Shown here piece by piece: positions 61,375 to 64,000 of a DNA stretch of 64,000 nt (positions are counted from its first letter, which is position 1; each line of letters starts with the position of its first letter). Below the pieces are notes generated by a model that saw only the letters and a list, made by a program, of their open reading frames with translations, was not told the DNA's origin and did no database searches. The stretch is from the NCBI GenBank assembly GCA_963795085.1, contig CAWCFX010000006.1, positions 96,001 to 160,000 on the forward strand, read 5' to 3'. Source of the DNA: an uncultured Gemmatimonadales bacterium (GTDB lineage Bacteria > Gemmatimonadota > Gemmatimonadetes > Gemmatimonadales > GWC2-71-9). The position numbers and the translations under genes are program-made.

Positions 61375-63075
61375 ATGGATACGCCGATTCCGCAGCCCCA
61401 TGTCTGGCAACTGCTGATGCCGAAGTGGCGAAGCGCGCTTACCCGCGGGCGCCAGGGCCGGTCGGGCGCCAGCGGCAAGGCGATCCTCCTGGGGCTGGTG
61501 GGCGTGCTGTTCTGGCTGGGGATTTTCTTCATTATGTACCGGGTGCTCAAGAGCTTCCGGGCCACCGAGGAAATCGGGACCCTGGTGCCCGGGAAGCTAC
61601 TCGGCATCATGCTGCTGGCGTTCCTGTCCATCCTGCTGTTGTCGAACCTCATCACCTCGCTCTCCACCTTCTTCATGGCCAAGGACCTCGACCTGATGGT
61701 CTCGGCGCCGGTGGACTGGCTCCGGTTTTACCTCGCCAAGCTGGCCGAGACGACGGTGCACTCGTCCTGGATGGTGATGCTGATCGCGGTACCGATCTTT
61801 ACGGCCTACGGCGTGGTGTTTGGCGGCGGGTGGCTCTTTCCGCTGGTAGTCATCGCCGCGGTGGTGCCCTTCCTGGTGATGCCCGCCGTAATGGGATCGA
61901 TTCTCACGCTGGTGCTGGTGAACGTCTTCCCCGCCCGGCGCACCCGGGACCTGCTGAGCCTGGTCGCCATCGGCGCCGCCGGGGGCGTGGTGCTGCTGCT
62001 CCGGATCGCCCGGCCCGAGCGGCTGGCGCGGCCCGAGGGGTTCCAGAACCTGGTGGATTTCATCACCGTGCTGCGCACCCCCACTACACCGTACCTGCCC
62101 AATGAATGGGCCACCAACATGGTGATGAACTGGCTGGTGCGGGTTTCCGACCCCTTGCCGATCGCCCTGCTCTGGACCACCGCCGCCGCCTTCGTCGTGT
62201 TCGGGGCCATGCTGCACCAGAAACTCTACGCGACCGGGTTCACCAAGGCCCAGGAAGGCGCCGAGAAATTCGTGCGGGGCGCCGGGTGGCAGCGGGCCGG
62301 TTCCCGGCTCTTCGGGCGGCTCTCGGCGTCCCGGCGGGAGTTTCTGCTCAAGGACCTGCGGGTGTTCTTCCGCGACGCGACCCAGTGGAGCCAGTTGATC
62401 CTGCTCGCGGTGCTCATCGTGGTCTATCTCTTCAACATCACCGCGCTGCCGCTGTTCACCGGCGAACGAGTCTCCTTTTTCCTGGTGACCCTCATCGTCT
62501 TCCTCAACCTGGGCCTGGCGGGCTTTGTGCTCGCGGCGATCGCCGGGCGGTTCATCTTTCCGTCTTTTTCCCTCGAAGGGAAGCAGATGTGGCTGCTCCG
62601 TTCCAGTCCGCTCGATCTCCGGGCGCTGTTGTGGAGCAAGTTCTGGATCGGGACCGCCCCGCTCCTGGTGCTGGCGCTGGTGATCACGGTGCTGACCAAC
62701 ACGATACTGCAGGCATCGCCCTTCATGATGGGCGTGAGCGTGGTGACGATTCTCCTGCTGACCTTTGCCATCTCCGCCCTGGCGCTCTGTTTCGGGGTGC
62801 TCTATCCCCAGTTCGATACCGAAAATGCGGCCCAGATCCCCACCAGCTTCGGGGGCCTGGTCTATATGATGGCCGCCGTGAGCCTCCTGGGCCTGGTGAT
62901 CATGATCGAGGCGCGGCCGGTCATGGAGTATCTCCGGTCCCAGCAGTACGGCGGCACCGCCAACCTCACCGGCGAACTGTTGTTCTCCGGCGCCTGCGTG
63001 GTCGCGATCTGTCTCGCGGCCACCATCATTCCCCTCAAGCTGGGGCTGCGCCGGATGGAAGAAATGGAGTTCTGA
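61375..63075 (+). CDS. Putative ABC exporter permease (about 12 TM)
   Basis: Many TM helices; follows the ABC ATPase; KDLRVFFRD and FSLEG...W.LRSSP. Confidence 0.85.
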   Translation: MDTPIPQPHVWQLLMPKWRSALTRGRQGRSGASGKAILLGLVGVLFWLGIFFIMYRVLKSFRATEEIGTLVPGKLLGIMLLAFLSILLLSNLITSLSTFFMAKDLDLMVSAPVDWLRFYLAKLAETTVHSSWMVMLIAVPIFTAYGVVFGGGWLFPLVVIAAVVPFLVMPAVMGSILTLVLVNVFPARRTRDLLSLVAIGAAGGVVLLLRIARPERLARPEGFQNLVDFITVLRTPTTPYLPNEWATNMVMNWLVRVSDPLPIALLWTTAAAFVVFGAMLHQKLYATGFTKAQEGAEKFVRGAGWQRAGSRLFGRLSASRREFLLKDLRVFFRDATQWSQLILLAVLIVVYLFNITALPLFTGERVSFFLVTLIVFLNLGLAGFVLAAIAGRFIFPSFSLEGKQMWLLRSSPLDLRALLWSKFWIGTAPLLVLALVITVLTNTILQASPFMMGVSVVTILLLTFAISALALCFGVLYPQFDTENAAQIPTSFGGLVYMMAAVSLLGLVIMIEARPVMEYLRSQQYGGTANLTGELLFSGACVVAICLAATIIPLKLGLRRMEEMEF

Positions 63076-63089
63076 CCCTGGAAACCGAC

Positions 63090-64000
63090 ATGATCGATCT
63101 TTTCAGCGACACCGCCACCCGCCCCTCGGCCGCCATGCGCCGCGCCATGGCGGAAGCCGAGGTGGGCGACGAGCAACGCAAACTGGACCCTACCGTAAAC
63201 CGGCTCCAGGCAATGGCCGCGGACATCGTCGGCAAGGAGGCCGGCCTGTTTCTCCCCTCCGGCACCATGTGCAACCAGATCGCCTTTGCCGTCCACTGCC
63301 GCCCGGGCGACGAGATCATCATGGATGTCCTGGCCCACCCGTTCCATCATGAAGGGGGCGGCCCGGCAGCGGTCAGCGGGACCCTGATTCGCCCGGTCGC
63401 GGGGACCCGCGGCGTGTTCACCCCCGACCAGGTGTCCGCCGCCATCCATGGCAGCGCCTACGGGCACTCGCGCACCCGGGCGATCTCCATCGAGCAACCA
63501 GCCAGCGATGCCGGCGGCACCCTCTGGCCGCTGGACGCCATGCGCGCGGTCTGCCAGCGGGCCCGCGAGCATGGCATGGCGACGCACCTCGATGGCGCGC
63601 GGCTGCTTAACGCGCAGGTCGCCTCCGGCATCCCGGCCCGGGAGTATGCCGCGACGTTCGATTCGGTATGGATCGACCTGAGCAAGGGGCTGGGCTGCCC
63701 GGTGGGCGCGGTACTGACCGGGTCACGCGCGTTCATCGAAGAGGCATGGTACGTGAAGCACCGGCTGGGCGGCGCGATGCGGCAGGCCGGTATCATTGCC
63801 GCGGCGGGTGTCTATGCGCTGACCCACAACATCGAGCGGCTGGCCGACGATCATGCCAACGCCCGGCGCCTCGCGGAGCAGCTGGCCGGGGTGAGGGGAA
63901 TATCCCTGGATCCGGAGCGGGTCAAGACCAATATCGTGATCTTCGAGGTCGCCGAGGCCGAGCGCCTGGCGGCCCGGCTGGAGGAGAAGGGGGTAATCCT
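63090..64000 (+). CDS. ltaE: Low-specificity L-threonine aldolase (partial, runs off window)
   Basis: Read by hand: MIDLFSDTATRP, VGDE..DPTV, PSGTMCNQ, HLDGARL, SKGLG.PVG, GGAMRQAG. Confidence 0.9.
   Translation, partial: MIDLFSDTATRPSAAMRRAMAEAEVGDEQRKLDPTVNRLQAMAADIVGKEAGLFLPSGTMCNQIAFAVHCRPGDEIIMDVLAHPFHHEGGGPAAVSGTLIRPVAGTRGVFTPDQVSAAIHGSAYGHSRTRAISIEQPASDAGGTLWPLDAMRAVCQRAREHGMATHLDGARLLNAQVASGIPAREYAATFDSVWIDLSKGLGCPVGAVLTGSRAFIEEAWYVKHRLGGAMRQAGIIAAAGVYALTHNIERLADDHANARRLAEQLAGVRGISLDPERVKTNIVIFEVAEAERLAARLEEKGVI

Overview
High-GC bacterial chromosome segment; Gemmatimonadota is inferred from the protein style and was not checked by search. Positions 1-30.3 kb hold the core transcription/translation cluster, all on the minus strand: tRNA-Thr/Tyr/Gly/Thr, tuf, rpmG, secE, nusG, rplK-A-J-L, rpoB, rpoC, then an ~8.8 kb block of unrelated genes, then rpsL, rpsG, fusA, tuf, rpsJ, rplC-D-W-B. 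The right half encodes two Ig-like/RCC1-repeat lipoproteins, cysS, MscS, small envelope proteins, a DPP-IV peptidase, a polyamine ABC transporter with a class III aminotransferase, uvrA, and a TPR/macro/transglutaminase-like/ABC/threonine aldolase operon. The most unusual feature is at 41.3-46.1 kb. Ten translationally coupled paralogous small membrane proteins plus an eleventh in-frame remnant all end in an ER[LMV]DF[ATS]ER[LMV]L coiled-coil motif. They are preceded by a sigmaW-type ECF promoter match and followed by a CesT/YbjN-like chaperone, PspA/IM30 and an inverted tandem-repeat element. This is a candidate heavily expanded, PspB-like membrane-stress (bacterial ESCRT-III) system. No integrase, transposase, CRISPR array or rRNA was seen.
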